The notes: generated from the sequence alone by a model not told the origin. Counted from the first letter of the whole stretch, positions 47,976 to 63,184 are shown. The stretch is DNA of 63,185 nt, filler included, from Rhabdomonas costata (GCA_019059605.1; 46 parts of 46 records of this genome joined end to end with filler, not necessarily neighbours in it), one strand, 5' to 3'. A program made the numbers and translations.

Positions 47976-49674
47976 AATGACAACCGTTTCAATAGACTTT
48001 GTGCGCGTTAGCTAATTTGGTATAAAGCACAAAGCACCAGCAAAAAAAATGTGTCAAGTTTNNNNNNNNNNNNNNNNNNNNNNNNNNNNNNNNNNNNNNN
48101 NNNNNTTAATTAATTAANNNNNNNNNNNNNNNNNNNNNNNNNNNNNNNNNNNNNNNNNNNNGCAAGAAAGGGAGGGAGAACAAAATTCACGAAATGCCCA
48201 TTCTCCGTCAGCTTACATCGGCAGTGGGCAGCTGCAGCACTTTCTGCACTACATCGGGACGAAATTCCAGTGGCAGTGGGAGATTCGGCAACAGTGGTTT
48301 TATGGCAAACGATCACAACCTGGAAATTCTGATTTTGCCGCCCCGGCAACTCGTACGGCGGAAATTCCTTCACGGTGGTTGTAAAACCCTAAAAAAAAAC
48401 GTTTGCCGTGAGAAAGTACCAGCGTTGCATCGGCCTCAAAATTAAATGTGGGGACGTTCAATGTTCAAATCAATTCAATGCCAACAGTTCAAAGTTCGAT
48501 GTGATCAGTCGAAAGTTCAATTCAAAGTTAAATATCGTCCGCAACAGAAACATCAAGAATCCTTCAAAACCGGGCCAAAATCTAACGACGAATTTAACGA
48601 CTTTCATAGTTCAAAGTTCAATGTTGTTCAAAAGTTCAATTGCTCAAAGTTTATTATGGTTCAACTTCGAGGAAGGTTATATTTGAAAGACGGAAATTCC
48701 TCTTTAAACGATGGAGGAGAAAGACGCGGTGATCCACTTTTCAAGTCCATTATTTTTCTGCATGAAAAACGTGTGGGTGCCCACCAGTCTATAGTGACTC
48801 GGAAGTTTCTTTTGTCTCTTGAGTTTCTACTTGGCTCTGGCTTTCAGGCGTAGTGTTCTATTTCTTTTTTTGCTTGCCCCGCGGTCTGCCCCGCTCTCCC
48901 CTTGGATGCATGCTTGCAAGAATTTCACACTCGTTCAGGTATGAGTGTGATCCCTGGGCCACCATTCGAATCCGCAGTTTTTTCCTCAGGACTGGAATTG
49001 GAACTGCTGATTATAGCCCAACAGATTTTTTGTTGGAGGTTGAACCATTAATTAAGACCCATTATTTTCTTTTTTTCGCTACCCAAGTGATTCCACCATG
49101 TCGATTGGATCAGCCTACATGCGGAAACAGCGCTGAACCCGAAAAAACTTCCAGCGAAAAAGTATTACCCATTAACACCCAAATGTCCCCTGCTCAATAC
49201 CGTCTCCGAAGTGCCCAAGTGTCCACGACTAGCTTGGGCGCACGTTTGCGGTAATGCATGTATCCTAAGTATTTTATTTTTACTGCTTTGGTCGAGAGTG
49301 CAACGATGAGGGTAATGGAGTTGTGCAAAAGCCTTAAAAACAGCAGTATGCATAATTGCAATTAATGTTCTAAAATTCAACATTGGAGAATGACGATGAG
49401 CTGTGACTGGCCCACCCCCACCAAACACACCCATCACNNNNNNNNNNNNNNNNNNNNNNNNNNNNNNNNNNNNNNNNNNNNTTAATTAATTAANNNNNNN
49501 NNNNNNNNNNNNNNNNNNNNNNNNNNNNNNNNNNNNNGGGTGGGGGGGGAAGGATTGTATTTCCGCAATCATCTTGTGGGTGTCCCCTTCGCCGCCTCCG
49601 TCTGCCGTCTTCGGCGCGTTCAGCATAAATCTGTAACGGGCCCCGAATGATGTTCTCGAATTTTTCGACTTTAG

Positions 49675-49840
49675 GTCTATATTGATCCCCGTGAATGAGC
49701 ACTCCCACTGGAAGGTGGTGCTGGTGTACAACCTGCCCGCTCTGGCACACGCCCTGGGGCAAGCGGAAGGGGGCCCCACAGAAGGGAAGGGCAAGGGCCA
49801 CACTGAGACCTCCACCCCGGAGCCCACCCCCAAGAAGCGA
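49675..49840 (+). CDS. Ulp1/SENP (peptidase C48) protease exon containing the catalytic His
   Basis: SILIPVNEHSHWKVVLVYN matches I-x-IP-[IV]-N-x-x-x-HW-x-L. TTTAG acceptor, GTATGG donor. Confidence 0.75.
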
Positions 49841-50959
49841 GTATGGCTTTGTATCCAGCCTTTGAGGGGAGTAGTTTTGCCTCTTTCTAGATTCGTTTGT
49901 TTTCATGGGTTTGTTTTTCAGTTATTTTTTCTTTGTCTTTTTCTTTGCACTGGGTGCTGCTTTGCAGCATGTTTTCATGCTTATCTTGGGGTGGTCTTCA
50001 AGACTAGCCAAAGTTTTTTGTGAAAAAACCGTGAAAAGACGAAATTGAAATCGTGACATCGTGAATAGAGCTTCCGCTGCCACTAACCTACTGCTGGCCA
50101 AATGTTAATTGCTTGATCATTTGGGTCCAGAATGTTGTTAAAAGCTAAGTGTTTTGCTGAATGGAAGGTGGAAGTCTTGACAATGTCACCCACGGTCATG
50201 CTCAGCTGGTATGGAACGGTTTCATCGGAGTGGAGTGCAGATTGCGAAACCACTCTCTTGCGCAATGGGATGCATGGAACTTCGCTGCGTTCGTTTCGAT
50301 TAAACGAAGGACTTCGTATTTTTGTTGTCAGCAGCCTCTGGGTGAGTGATGGGGGGGGGGCAGCGATTGCTACCAGCAGCGCTCAGCCAGGAGTCCTTCG
50401 TGGTCCCTGCACCATCGCCTCCAACACCTAAGCTGAAAGCGGAGGCGAACGCGACTGGCAATGGTGAGTGCGCCTTTTTCTGTAGTTGCATTGATTCATT
50501 GGTAATCCGTTTTTTCTCTTCTTGTTGTTCAAGTGGTCAATGGTGGTTACAAGTGGATCCAATGGGTAATTAAGTTTTCTTCAATTTTGTTTGCACTTTT
50601 TTGCGCTTGCTGATTATCTCCTATTATTTGCTTTTATGCGAATTCATACTCATTGTGCTGCCACTGTACCCCCGGGCTGGCATATATCTGTGCGTGATTG
50701 CATTGGGATTGCCCTTATTTTCGGTGTGCAGGGGAGTGCTGCATTTACCTCATGAACTCCGTGTATAGTGTGGACCGCACCTGCGTGAAGACAATAAAAA
50801 GGTACACCCGTCCNNNNNNNNNNNNNNNNNNNNNNNNNNNNNNNNNNNNNNNNNNNNTTAATTAATTAANNNNNNNNNNNNNNNNNNNNNNNNNNNNNNN
50901 NNNNNNNNNNNNNGGGTTGGGTACAATCCCTCCCCGTGGTCGTCCACTTCCCACCTCCG

Positions 50960-51196
50960 ATGTGGCACTGGTACAGCCCCACCGATGGGTTCTGGCATCT
51001 CTACGGGCCGGTGACCCAGGCCCGGCTCTCCACGGCCGCGCTGCGGGGGAAGCTCCGGGTTGCGGTCGACCCCAGCGAGGGCCCAAGGGCCGTGGTGGAC
51101 CTCACGGACTGGGTGCAGGTTCCCGGGGGATCCACCGCCGTCGGCCCCTCGACCCCGGGGGATGCCCCCCGGGTCCCATCCATTCGGGTGCGGAGG
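50960..51196 (+). CDS. WWE-domain exon
   Basis: WHWYSPTDGFWHLYGPVTQARLSTAALRG...VVDLTDWVQ...IRVRR: W-x-W, W-x-x-Y, VDL-x-x-x-x-Q and terminal VRR are hallmarks. The third signature residue E is replaced. Confidence 0.7.
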
Positions 51197-54100
51197 GTGT
51201 CCGGGTCGTTCTGGGCCCCGCGGCTATGCAGCTGCGGGTGCGCTGGGCCCCGAAGGCGCTCCCGACGGCGAAGCCCTGGTGTGCACTCTGCTGCACATCT
51301 GGCCAAACATTCTTAGCAGGAAGCAGAAGGAAAGGAAAGGGAGTGATGCAATGGATTCCAAAAAGGCCGGCTCCTCTCCCTTGCGTAACTTTTTTTTGTG
51401 TAAGTGCGCCATGCAGTGAGATTTCCTGTGGACCTTCCTACAACAGATGAGGATGGGAGAGCCATTTTCTCGTAAAGCAGCGGCCATGAAGTTGGGGGAA
51501 TATATCAGAAGCTCGTGTGGAGGAGAACTGCAAACGAAGTTGCGCTTTTTTGCCAACATTACGTGTGTCATGGTCGGTCAAGTGAAAGAGGTGAGGGGGG
51601 AGACGGCGACCTGATCACCCGTCACACTCTTGTAAAAGTGATGGGAGCACCACGGGCTAGGTTGCGGAAGTCGGGGACTCCCACAGTCAGCGTGGGTGAG
51701 AGGGCGCAAGCGACAACAGGACAAACCGGACAAACGCTTCCAAACGACGCTTGAGCACTTCATGGGAAGAAGCCCGGGATTCGGATCCGTAAAAGGATGC
51801 ATCATCACATCTTCCCCTCTCGACCCTCTCCTCTCGAAAACGAAAAGCACAGTCACATACATATTTACGTGGACTGCAGTAATCTCTTTCACCTTTTTGG
51901 CTCCCTAGGGCCCAATGGAAGGTTTTTCGGGGCGGGGGGTGGTAACGGTTATCATTTCCCAATCTGCAAATCGCCCAGATCACCGTTCAGTTAAAAGGGA
52001 GTTAAATGGAATTTCCGACACCGGTCAAAGATACCTTTACCTTAGGGACACCTCCGTGCGGCTAAGGCGGCCACAGCGGTTTGGGTTGGTTTCCTGTAAT
52101 CTCTGGGGGGCCTCTTTTTCAAAACGATTCCTGTGTGTGGCCCTCTCAGGAAGCCAGGCCCAGCTCCAAGACGGGGACCCCACCCCCCNNNNNNNNNNNN
52201 NNNNNNNNNNNNNNNNNNNNNNNNNNNNNNNNTTAATTAATTAANNNNNNNNNNNNNNNNNNNNNNNNNNNNNNNNNNNNNNNNNNNNCTCTCCCTTCCC
52301 TTCCCATTCGCTCAAGTCGTACCACATTGGGCTGCCCAAATGGAAAGTATCCCGGTGCCCGCGCCAACGTCCAGCACCACTCGGCCGCTCAGGCATCCTG
52401 AAGCCATCCCCATTCAAAAACAAAGCAGAGGCCTGTGGTGATGGAGTTGGCCCGAGCACCCAGTAACCCCGGCCTCCTGTTTTACACACTGGTGCGTCAG
52501 GCACATGGTGTTCGGACGATGTGCGCACATCTCTGTGGTGTGACTGCGCCTTCACACAAGTTCCGCCCGCTCGCTCACAGGCACTCAATGAATTGCACAA
52601 GTAGTACCAGTGTCCTGAAGCCTGCGAAAAGTCTTCCAGTAGGCCTCCATTCGAGGTCTGAGTAAAAAGTGAAACGATCGGGGGGCTAAAATTCCTTTTT
52701 TTGGGTGGGTGGGGGGAACATGTTATGTTGGCAAAAGTTAAAATGGGTCATGTCGCATTTTGGCGAAAGACCGGAACAGCTTCACTTAAGGGGTTGGGTA
52801 GCCGAGGCGGGAAAGTGGCCTGGGCAGGGTAGCTTTTTCTATTTCGCCATGATGCACCTGAAAGAGGTGGAGGCTCTCAACCTAGTCACGAAGACCGTAT
52901 ACCAACAATATACGGCACGCCAACGATATACCGAATACCGTAACTGCTCAATCCCACAAAGACCCTGCCCCTACCGAACCAAACCGCGGGAGCGTACTTG
53001 TCTTGAAGCATCGTGCGGTGAACGGTGAGGTCGTTGTATGCCTCAAAGTAGCTGAAAACAAAAGAAGCACAGCTTTTCCTTCATCTTATGCAGCCACTCT
53101 CTCGCTCTCATGGAGCTTGCAATCCGCTTTTCCAGCTGTGACAAATAAATCCATGCGCCAAACCAACCATAAAATGTGATTCCTTTATGTTCGGGCCCAT
53201 GAAAACTATTTGCACTCTGGACTGCCTGCTCGCAGAGAACGTCCCGCGGAAAGAGTAGCGATGCCTTACCTGAGGTCGTCCTCCCCCACTTCGCCCGAAG
53301 GCCCGACGACGGGCTCCCCATCTCCCTCCTCACTTTGCATCGACCGCTCCCCGCGTCTGAGGAAAACTCACAAAGGGAGAGCCTGGAGTGCCCTTGAAAC
53401 GAAAACCTCAAGAAAGCAATGCAGTTGAAGAGCAAAGAAGCCCCAATATCCTGTGCATATCGACATGAACATGATCATTTCACCCACCAAGAAAATGGTC
53501 AATAATCGTCGCTTGCCATGGTTTCCAACTGCCGTGGCTTCTCACGGACAGAACACCAAAACANNNNNNNNNNNNNNNNNNNNNNNNNNNNNNNNNNNNN
53601 NNNNNNNTTAATTAATTAANNNNNNNNNNNNNNNNNNNNNNNNNNNNNNNNNNNNNNNNNNNNTGGAACATCGGATTAGCTTTATTCTTGGATTGCAAGG
53701 AAACGTGCTTTCAAACCCAAAACCAGTACTTTATTTTCCGGCCATCATTTGGTGACTGCCCTTTCCGGGCGTTGCTTTTTTTGTCACCAGCACTGAGCCA
53801 GGGCGAGTCTCTCTCTATTCTGAAAGGGAAGAAGTGTGGTTTATTTTGGAGTTTCATTTTTGAGTAGTGAACTGTGATTTGATTTTGAACCTTGACAAGA
53901 ATCAGAACTGATTGAATTGATGGAAACATCCCGAAGAGAAGAGAAGCAGTTCATTTTCCAAGGATAACCCAAGAAGGCAAGCAACTACAGTGACAGTGAC
54001 AGAGGCAAACTCAGGAAGAAACCGGCACCCAAAAACAAACTCAAACGCGCCATTAGGACAATGGATTCGGCTTTGCCCCGAGGTTATTTCAAAGTGCCAT

Positions 54101-55119
54101 TCACGACTGGTTTGACTTCCGATTTTTTTTAATTTACAGGAAGAACACAATGTCTGGGTTGTATTCTGGAAAGCAGCTTCATTTACCGCTTGAATGTCGG
54201 GCCTGTTGTGTGAGATGGGCCCCGGTTGACGCTGCGTCCTCAGAAGTTCTCGTTGTGGCCTCTTCGGAACCAGTTCCTGAGAACAAGTATTCACTGACTT
54301 TGGTGGGCGTGCAAAAGGAGTCTCCCGTTTCCACAGGTTCTCCTTTTCTCTTTGTTCTTCGTTTTTGGGTGGCCAAGTTGGCCCAGCTGGAAGCAGATGG
54401 TGCTGGGAGCTGAATGTGCTGGATGTCAAGCTCAACAAGCAAGCTTCCAATATCCATTTCTTCACAGTGACAATAACCGTCCTTTTTACCTAGTTGTAGA
54501 CAAGATATTTGATGCCACTAATCAATGGCTGACATTGGTGCACTATTTTCATAAGTTTGAGATTTTCTCAGCAAACACTCATCGTCGAGAAACAACTGAA
54601 CTAAATACTCTAAGTGTTTGTACTGCTGCTTTTCATGGGGTGCACCTGCGCATTCTTATGGTTGCGCTCCTTCAGGTGGCGCCCAGATAGACCCCAACAG
54701 CCGCGGCACACCCTTGTCTGTCCTGGGCGGTGGATCTCTTGAAAGCGGCCCTGCATCGGATCTTCATGCTTTTCGGACAGCCCCAAGCCGCTGCCTTTTT
54801 GTCATCGGAACAGGCGCAGCCCTGCTATCTGTTGTCCAGGCTGACTTTGAAGGTCCTGCTTCGACTTGGGGGAGGGGCCACGTGAGCAAGCGCTCTTATT
54901 TCATCTGTTTCACTGTAACGAGATTGTTGACGCACGTGNNNNNNNNNNNNNNNNNNNNNNNNNNNNNNNNNNNNNNNNNNNNTTAATTAATTAANNNNNN
55001 NNNNNNNNNNNNNNNNNNNNNNNNNNNNNNNNNNNNNNAACCTGCCTTGTGCATGCGTTTTGCTTGCACAAGCATTTGTTCCTGCGCAGGAAGATATGCT
55101 TGTGACTGTGTGTACACAG

Positions 55120-55226
55120 GGACTGCAGTGGGTGATGGTGGTGGCCACGAAGAGGAATGTGTTGATGGCGGGCATCAACTCCAGCATCCCTCTGACAATC
55201 GGCCTTGTGGTGGGCTGCGGTGCTGG
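55120..55226 (+). CDS. Exon encoding the end of a Cache-type sensor + second transmembrane helix
   Basis: GLQWVMVVATKRNVLMAGINSSIPLTIGLVVGCGA resembles the GL-x-W-x-x-VV..TM junction of dCache receptors. CAG acceptor, GTATGT donor. Confidence 0.55.
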
Positions 55227-57116
55227 GTATGTGCGATTCGGCGGATTTACCATGTTGCCACCATAAAAGTGAACCCTGTCCGTTCCCCGTGCTGGGCTTC
55301 TATTGCAAATCGTCGGAGCCTTGACTCGGCGTCAACTTCGTGCTATACAAGAAAATGATTTTCAGGAGCGTTTGAGAGAAAAGTTGGAAGGGGCCAGGCC
55401 GGTCCAAAAGTTTCGCGACCTATCCACTGTAACCTGGGGTGGTTCAAAACCACACACGAAAATTGTCCTGTTTTCCGGATACGAAATCCTACGCTTAACT
55501 ACGTTTGTACCACATTTTGTTTCGTTTCGGGAACACACACACGTGCACCACTAAGTAATGGCGCTGCGCCGCCAAAAGTCCTGCAACGAAGCGAGGGCCT
55601 GCAGGCCAATAGCGTTGTACGAGCTCGTAGAGTTTGGCGCCGAGGAGGAGTACTCCCGGAGTTCCCCAGGCCCCCCAGCGTGAGACAAACTTTGCGATCA
55701 TTTCTCATATTTACCGTTTTCATGTCGTTTTCAAGTCAAATGGAGGGCATATTGGGAAATGGAATCAAAGGGGTCAACGTATTGGTGAAAAACCGGTGAT
55801 CACAGAGATTTTGGCACACGTTGTATTCAAGAACTGCTCATGGTGTGTATTGAAAATGGTAGGGACGGAATGATTTAATGTAATGCAGAGCATAAACTGC
55901 CTGCACTTTTGCCTAGGATGAACACGTGTATGCCGAGAATGTTCGAAGTGACCAAATTTGGGGGGCGAATAGCCTTAAAAATTGCACTGGAAAGGGTGAA
56001 AATGTGTCCTACTGGCCTGTTTTGCCCTACAGTGGGGTTGGGGGTGCCTAAATCACCTAATAATCACTTGCTCGGGGCTTCTTGCAATTTATTGTTCACC
56101 GCAACCCTGGAGAACTACAGTTCTAAAATACTTCGTTGTGAGCTCTGCAAATTGTCTGCGAACTGCATAAAGCGGGGGTAACAACTCAAGTTTTCATGTT
56201 CTTGTCTCACATTTCCAACACCGGGAAATGCCGCCTGGAGAATCCAATGTCGCCACCTGCCCATCGCCCTAAAATTAACGCCCACTTCGGGGAGAAGGGG
56301 GACCCCCAAAACANNNNNNNNNNNNNNNNNNNNNNNNNNNNNNNNNNNNNNNNNNNNTTAATTAATTAANNNNNNNNNNNNNNNNNNNNNNNNNNNNNNN
56401 NNNNNNNNNNNNNAAAGAAGCGAATGTGGGAGGCCTCTTTTTGTTTTTTATATGTGTGGGGGTCCCATGATCACCGCAACTTTCCGGTTGTTTGTCAACA
56501 GCTTGTGTTCGGTTCCCGTTTCGGGCTTGAAAAGGGCATCGCTGATAGGCTATTTTTGACGGAATGCTTTCGCAAACATTGCGAGAGGTGGGCCCGCGTC
56601 TCTCTCTCTCTCTCTACAGGATTGGATGAACCGTCTCCCAAGTTGTTAACTGCTTTAACTGAAGTTCCGATTCCGGTAAGACCCACATCGCGTACACCCC
56701 CCGCCTGGGGACGCACACAGACACATGCACTCCCTAACTCCCTCACTCTAACTCACCAGCCTTTGGGAAGACCTGCCTTTTTGCAATAATCCCGAAGCAG
56801 CCATAATCGAAAATGCTGATTGCCCAACTCGGCTTCCCACATTCAGCGGATGTATCCAGGTGGTCGTCCAAGCTAATGGTAAAAACGCCAGAAGCCACTG
56901 ATAATACTGGTGATAGAAAGCCGTTGTCAGAGTTCATGCCATCGTTAGCATACCCACCCACGCAAACAACCAAACGGGGGACGAGGGGGGTGGGTCAGAC
57001 CCATCGTGAAGGGGCCAAGATCTGGGCGCCCTTAGTAGGCGAGCCGGTGGTGCCAATCCCCTCGGAGCTCTCCAGGGGGGACGCACCCATACGGCTCCCA
57101 GGATCCACCCCCGTCA

Positions 57117-57297
57117 CCCCTGAAGTGGGCTTCGCTCCTGGCCCAGGCACGGGCTTCTGCGGGGCAGGGGGCTGGGGCAAGGGCTGGGGCTGCAGGTGAG
57201 GCTGCAGCGAGGGTTGCTGCAGGCCCCACCACTGCAGCTCCCGGGCCCGGCGCTGCTGGAGGTCATCAGAATGGGCCTCCATGGTAGCCTGGAGGTC
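57117..57297 (-). CDS. Probable Pro/Gln-rich exon, unknown protein
   Basis: CACAG acceptor, then DLQATMEAHSDDLQQRRARELQWWGLQQPSLQPHLQPQPLPQPP. GC3-rich. Confidence 0.4.
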
Positions 57298-57794
57298 CTG
57301 TGGTTCCCCCGGGCGCTTTGCGGTGGCCGAGAAAATGAGATGTGCATATTTACTGAAATAATTACCAACATAACCTCACACGCAGCCCATCGTCATCGTC
57401 ACAGCTCGCTTCTGCAACGTGGAAAGACTAGTCAAAAAGACAATCATGCGAAATGGGAGCGGGCGATGAGCGGGGGCGGGCGGAAAGGTGCGGGATAGGC
57501 TTGGAAGACCTGGTTCGTCCTGTCCAGGGGAATCTTGGCGGGCTCCGGCATGCGTTGGCCCCCCAACGCGCTGCCGTGGTTGGTGTGCCCTGGCCCTCCC
57601 AGGGAGCCCTTGCGCTTCTCTGGGAACGCGCTCGCCCGAAAAAGCTCCACACCCGAGCCATCCCGCACCTTTCCGCCCACACCCCNNNNNNNNNNNNNNN
57701 NNNNNNNNNNNNNNNNNNNNNNNNNNNNNTTAATTAATTAANNNNNNNNNNNNNNNNNNNNNNNNNNNNNNNNNNNNNNNNNNNNGGGGTGGGG

Positions 57795-57993
57795 TACCCA
57801 GACTGTGAACGCCGTGGTGCTGCTTCCTGTGCCGGCAAAGGTGGGTGATACTGACAAGATCTCCCTGGACCCCACCTCCACGGGCTCGCGGTGGGTTTCT
57901 CTGCCGGAGCTACGGCGGGACCCTGAGGTGTACCTATGGCGCAACGCAGAGCTTGCGCTGGCGTTCCTCGGGGCCCACCCCATTCTGGAGTGA
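57795..57993 (+). CDS. Probable NUDIX hydrolase C-terminus, last exon
   Basis: TQTVNAVVLL...ISLDPTSTGSRWVSLPEL...ILE*, resembling H-x-V...I-x-LD...RW of NUDIX C-terminal halves. The Nudix box itself is not in the contig. Confidence 0.5.
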
Positions 57994-59176
57994 GGCAGTG
58001 AGGCCCCTGCCCTAGACGGCTGGCTTTCTCTCTGTTTTCTGTTTTTTTTTGTTCTGCTCCAGTTGCTGCTGTCTGTTCTGTTTTTATCCCGTTTCGTGTT
58101 TCTAGATTTTGTCTAGAGGACAGTAGAGTCAGTGGCACTGTGTCGCCTTCCCAACGCATTTTGCATTTCTGTCATGGGGCGGTCCTCACCGCCATCCTTG
58201 CCCCCATCTTTGGCAATTGACTTTTCGCCGTTCCGAAAACTCGTGGCCACCGCTACAGCATCAATTTCCATTGATATTCTGCAACGCCACGGGCAGGGGG
58301 AATAGTTTAAAGAATTAAAATGTCGATGAGAACTGGTCAGTTTATTTTGAAAAGTTGTCAGTTTAAGGTGTGACAAATCCTCCCTGAATGCTGTTTTTCA
58401 GTGAAGGGGCCCCCCTAAAAAGGTGGTGGCTGAAGCTTGGTTTCGTCAGATCGACTCGTTTTTGAGGTGGAGGCGTGCGCCAAGGAAACAGGAGAGGCCA
58501 GTCCGGTGGGTGAGGACGGCAACGGTAGCCGCGTTGTCTCGGGAACTGTGGTGTTGTTGTGATATGCCCCATATCATTATCCTTTGCCACTGATAACCGA
58601 ACCCCCAAGTCAGAACCATTAATTCCTCGGGCCTGTTTTGGTGGGATTAAGAGGGCGCTTCTGAACGACCGGCACGTAGCCTTCCCCTCAAATGAGCGAA
58701 TTTTGGGCCGCAACGGTAAGTATCTCCGGTCACCGCTCATCAACATCTTATGGAGGAGCTCGATGTGTTCCGAGAGGTTCGGTATTCCACATTATGATTT
58801 TCGAGGTGCAACTAGCCACAGAGTAACCCACCGGGTGGTTTTGTGCTTTAAATTAAGCAATCACATTTAAGTGCAGCGGGAGCTTTCTCGGTGGGTTCTC
58901 CGCAACATGGAGGGAGGAGTGTCCAAGATGCACTATTCGCGTAAATTTATATTGGAATCTGGCACGACGGCTTTGCCCATCCTCTCGCTCCCTCTTTCCT
59001 CCACACAGGTTGTCTTGATTCTTCGGCCTCTCTCTCTGCGCGTACGGGTGTACTCAAAAANNNNNNNNNNNNNNNNNNNNNNNNNNNNNNNNNNNNNNNN
59101 NNNNTTAATTAATTAANNNNNNNNNNNNNNNNNNNNNNNNNNNNNNNNNNNNNNNNNNNNGGGTGTGTGGGTTCAG

Positions 59177-59713
59177 GTCATTTGAGCAGCGGGTGCGGAT
59201 CCGCCCCAAGATGGACCACCCGTGCCAGTTTGCAGACCTGGATCTGACCTACGCCGACCTCCTGCGCAGGGGCCGCGCCCGGCAGTTCTACCTCACCAGC
59301 TTCAACCCCGGAAGGGCAACGTACTGCTACACTGTGAAGGTTGTGAAAGTTTCTTCTCACTTGCCCTGTGCTGAATTGGATGTGTAGCGCGCACCTCTTC
59401 AGGGTAATGCTCTGAGACAATCGTATGGGGGGGGGGGAGCATGAAGGAATAATAATGCACCCGGACTTTGCCACATACGGAAATTCTGAAATAGTTAGAG
59501 AAACCTGTCGAACTGTGCCGAAAGTGGGAGCTCTGTTTATGGACCCGACGCCCCGAAATTTCCCATCCCTCTCTGGCGGTGCTGGTGGGTTTCCCTCAAG
59601 GTGGAGCACGACCCGCTGACCTCAGAGATGAGAATCACCCTCCGCCACGGCTGCTATATCAAGAGTTTCTTGGGAGTGCCGGTGAAGCTGAGGATGTTTT
59701 CCACAGAATCTGG
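59177..59713 (+). CDS. Two-exon fragment, possibly VPS13-like beta repeat
   Basis: Exons 59177-59339 and 59601-59713 join in frame: ...TYCYTVK|VEHDPLTSEMRITLRHGCYIKSFLGVPVKLRMF. The exon structure is solid, the family call is weak. Confidence 0.4.
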
Positions 59714-61544
59714 GTAGGAGCTCCGCCTCCACCCCCACCCCCTCATGGAGAATATCATTGTCTGAAAGATTTGCTGCACCCCAGGCTGAACTAATTGCAT
59801 CCCGTAGCCAGTCCAAGCGTGAATACAGGATTGGCCATCAAACCCTGCAAGTAAAAAGGGTTCATGAAGGGTAAGGGTTTTTCGGTCAAAGGCGATGACA
59901 AGTTATACTCACTATTTTCAAGTGTCTTCTGCGTTCAAGGTACAAAACCCACCCTTGCGGCACCCCAAGGCTGGGGTGTTGCATCTGTAGTGCCTTGCAA
60001 ATTGGCGCACTCGAATCGCGGGTCATTGCGATTCACCAGAGCCAAATAGGTGGTATTATTGGGCTGATTCCGAACCGGCTGCGTTTACACGCGGTCCGTG
60101 ACGACCAGGAGTTGGCCCCAAATCCATTTCACCATACAAATTCAAATCTGCATCTATCTGGCAACAGCTTCCATCTTGCACACTTCAAGCAAAACATGAA
60201 CACGACAACAAGCGCCGCAGTGTAAAGGAATGCAAATGGGGGAACTCGCAGACTCAGCCGAACTCACGTCACCGCGGATCACGTCACGAACTCACGTCAT
60301 CACGGAGCCCAGAAGCAACTAAAGCGTTAAGCAGCGCTGGAGGAAGCCATTGGGGGAATCGATGATCGCATTGGCAGTAACCCCTTCATAAATCGTGAGA
60401 TCTGGAGGTATCCCTCGATAGAAGAGGCGGGATCTNNNNNNNNNNNNNNNNNNNNNNNNNNNNNNNNNNNNNNNNNNNNTTAATTAATTAANNNNNNNNN
60501 NNNNNNNNNNNNNNNNNNNNNNNNNNNNNNNNNNNGTGGTGGGTGTGTTTGGGGGTGTGGGGAGAGGGCCACTTAGTCATCAAGGTGAGCCGCATCTACG
60601 CTTCCGGTTCGGGTAGTGTGGTGGTAGGGATTGGCGAAGGGATATTCTTTTCAGGAGCGTGGGTGACAACTTTTGCAGTCGACTTTCGAATAGCTGTGAG
60701 ATACTTATTTGGATGATGTTCAGTGGTGCATATGAACAATTTAGAAATTAGAAGTGAAACCAACCATGCAAACGGAAACCACATGTGAACGGGGACTGTG
60801 TTAAAGGTAAAATTAAAATCGGGTTTTCCGCTGGGGAAGCGAGTCTCTATCGCTTTACCTGGCTTCTTGCCAGAGCCCAAAAGAAGAGAATTCAGCCGAG
60901 GACATGGTGCATAAATCGTCCAACTCATGGCGTCGTGTTCTCTGTCAAAAACGCGGATAGAGGGCACAACCACACGGCAAAGTTCGAATTTTCAAGTCCA
61001 TTACACCGGCGAGGCTCGGTAAAAACCACACGGTGGCAAGGAGGCGGATGGCGCGCAGGCTTCCAATTCTTTACTCTATGTCTTGTTGGTATTGTCCCAC
61101 GTTGTCGGTGGAATTGGAAAGCGAAATGCGGTGCAAAACGAAGCTGAAGGTTCTTTTTTTTAACCATTGATATCCGACGATTGGCGTTAAGCGCCCACCT
61201 CTAATGTCTCAGTGGGAGCACTGTCATTCTATTTTAAGGTGGTGAGAAGTGTATGTATTTTATGCATTGCCCGAGAGTTGGGGCTACTTGGAGCGTGGGA
61301 GAGGGGTTGGGAGATATCCGCTCTGTGTGGCGGAGAGCGTGCACGCAGTGCACGTGCTCCCAAAGACAGGTTAAAAGAGAGGTTTTGCAGGGGGCCAGGA
61401 ATTCGTGCAGGGAAGAGGTTATGGTTATGGGGCTTGGAACCCACGCGAATCTCCTTCTTTTCTCTTCACAGCCTTCGTATACTCGCTGACGAAAGAGAGA
61501 TAATATCGTCATTTCCACACATTGGTTTGCACTTTTCGGTTTCT

Positions 61545-61758
61545 GGGGCTAATGCAGCTATGCATGCGGCTAACTTGCAGAAGATTTCGAGAGCTAATTG
61601 ATGAGAATATCGTTCCTGAGTGGAAGGTTGTGCTCCGCCTCCCGAATGCCCTCAAAGACGTCACAGGTAAGCAAAGCAGGGCTCAGAGCTTGCGTCTGGC
61701 TTGCTCCGCGGCCGTGATTTCTGTGAAAAACAAGACCATCTTGAAACACTTGCTTGAG
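61545..61758 (+). CDS. Probable exon, possibly F-box protein
   Basis: MRLTCRRFRELID resembles the F-box C-terminal motif. Open to a GAG|GTGGGT donor. Confidence 0.3.
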
Positions 61759-62044
61759 GTGGGTGCGGAAATGGCTGCTCACTCCGCCACCTGCTTGTTC
61801 CCCAACCACCCNNNNNNNNNNNNNNNNNNNNNNNNNNNNNNNNNNNNNNNNNNNNTTAATTAATTAANNNNNNNNNNNNNNNNNNNNNNNNNNNNNNNNN
61901 NNNNNNNNNNNGTTGTGTTTGCAGTCCACCAGCCGAAAGAGGGCCAGCATCACTGTGGACTGCAATCACAAACAAATGGGAACGAAGCCTTTTATTTTTT
62001 GCGCCTCCCCACTAACCGACCCCCAAACAACAGCATACAAGTTA

Positions 62045-63184
<1,140 letters not shown>

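Noticed and set aside
58363-58870. TTAA-flanked segment with short TGTGA/TCACA ends as a piggyBac- or Kolobok-like MITE
   Set aside because: The inverted match is only about 5 bp and no second copy is present.
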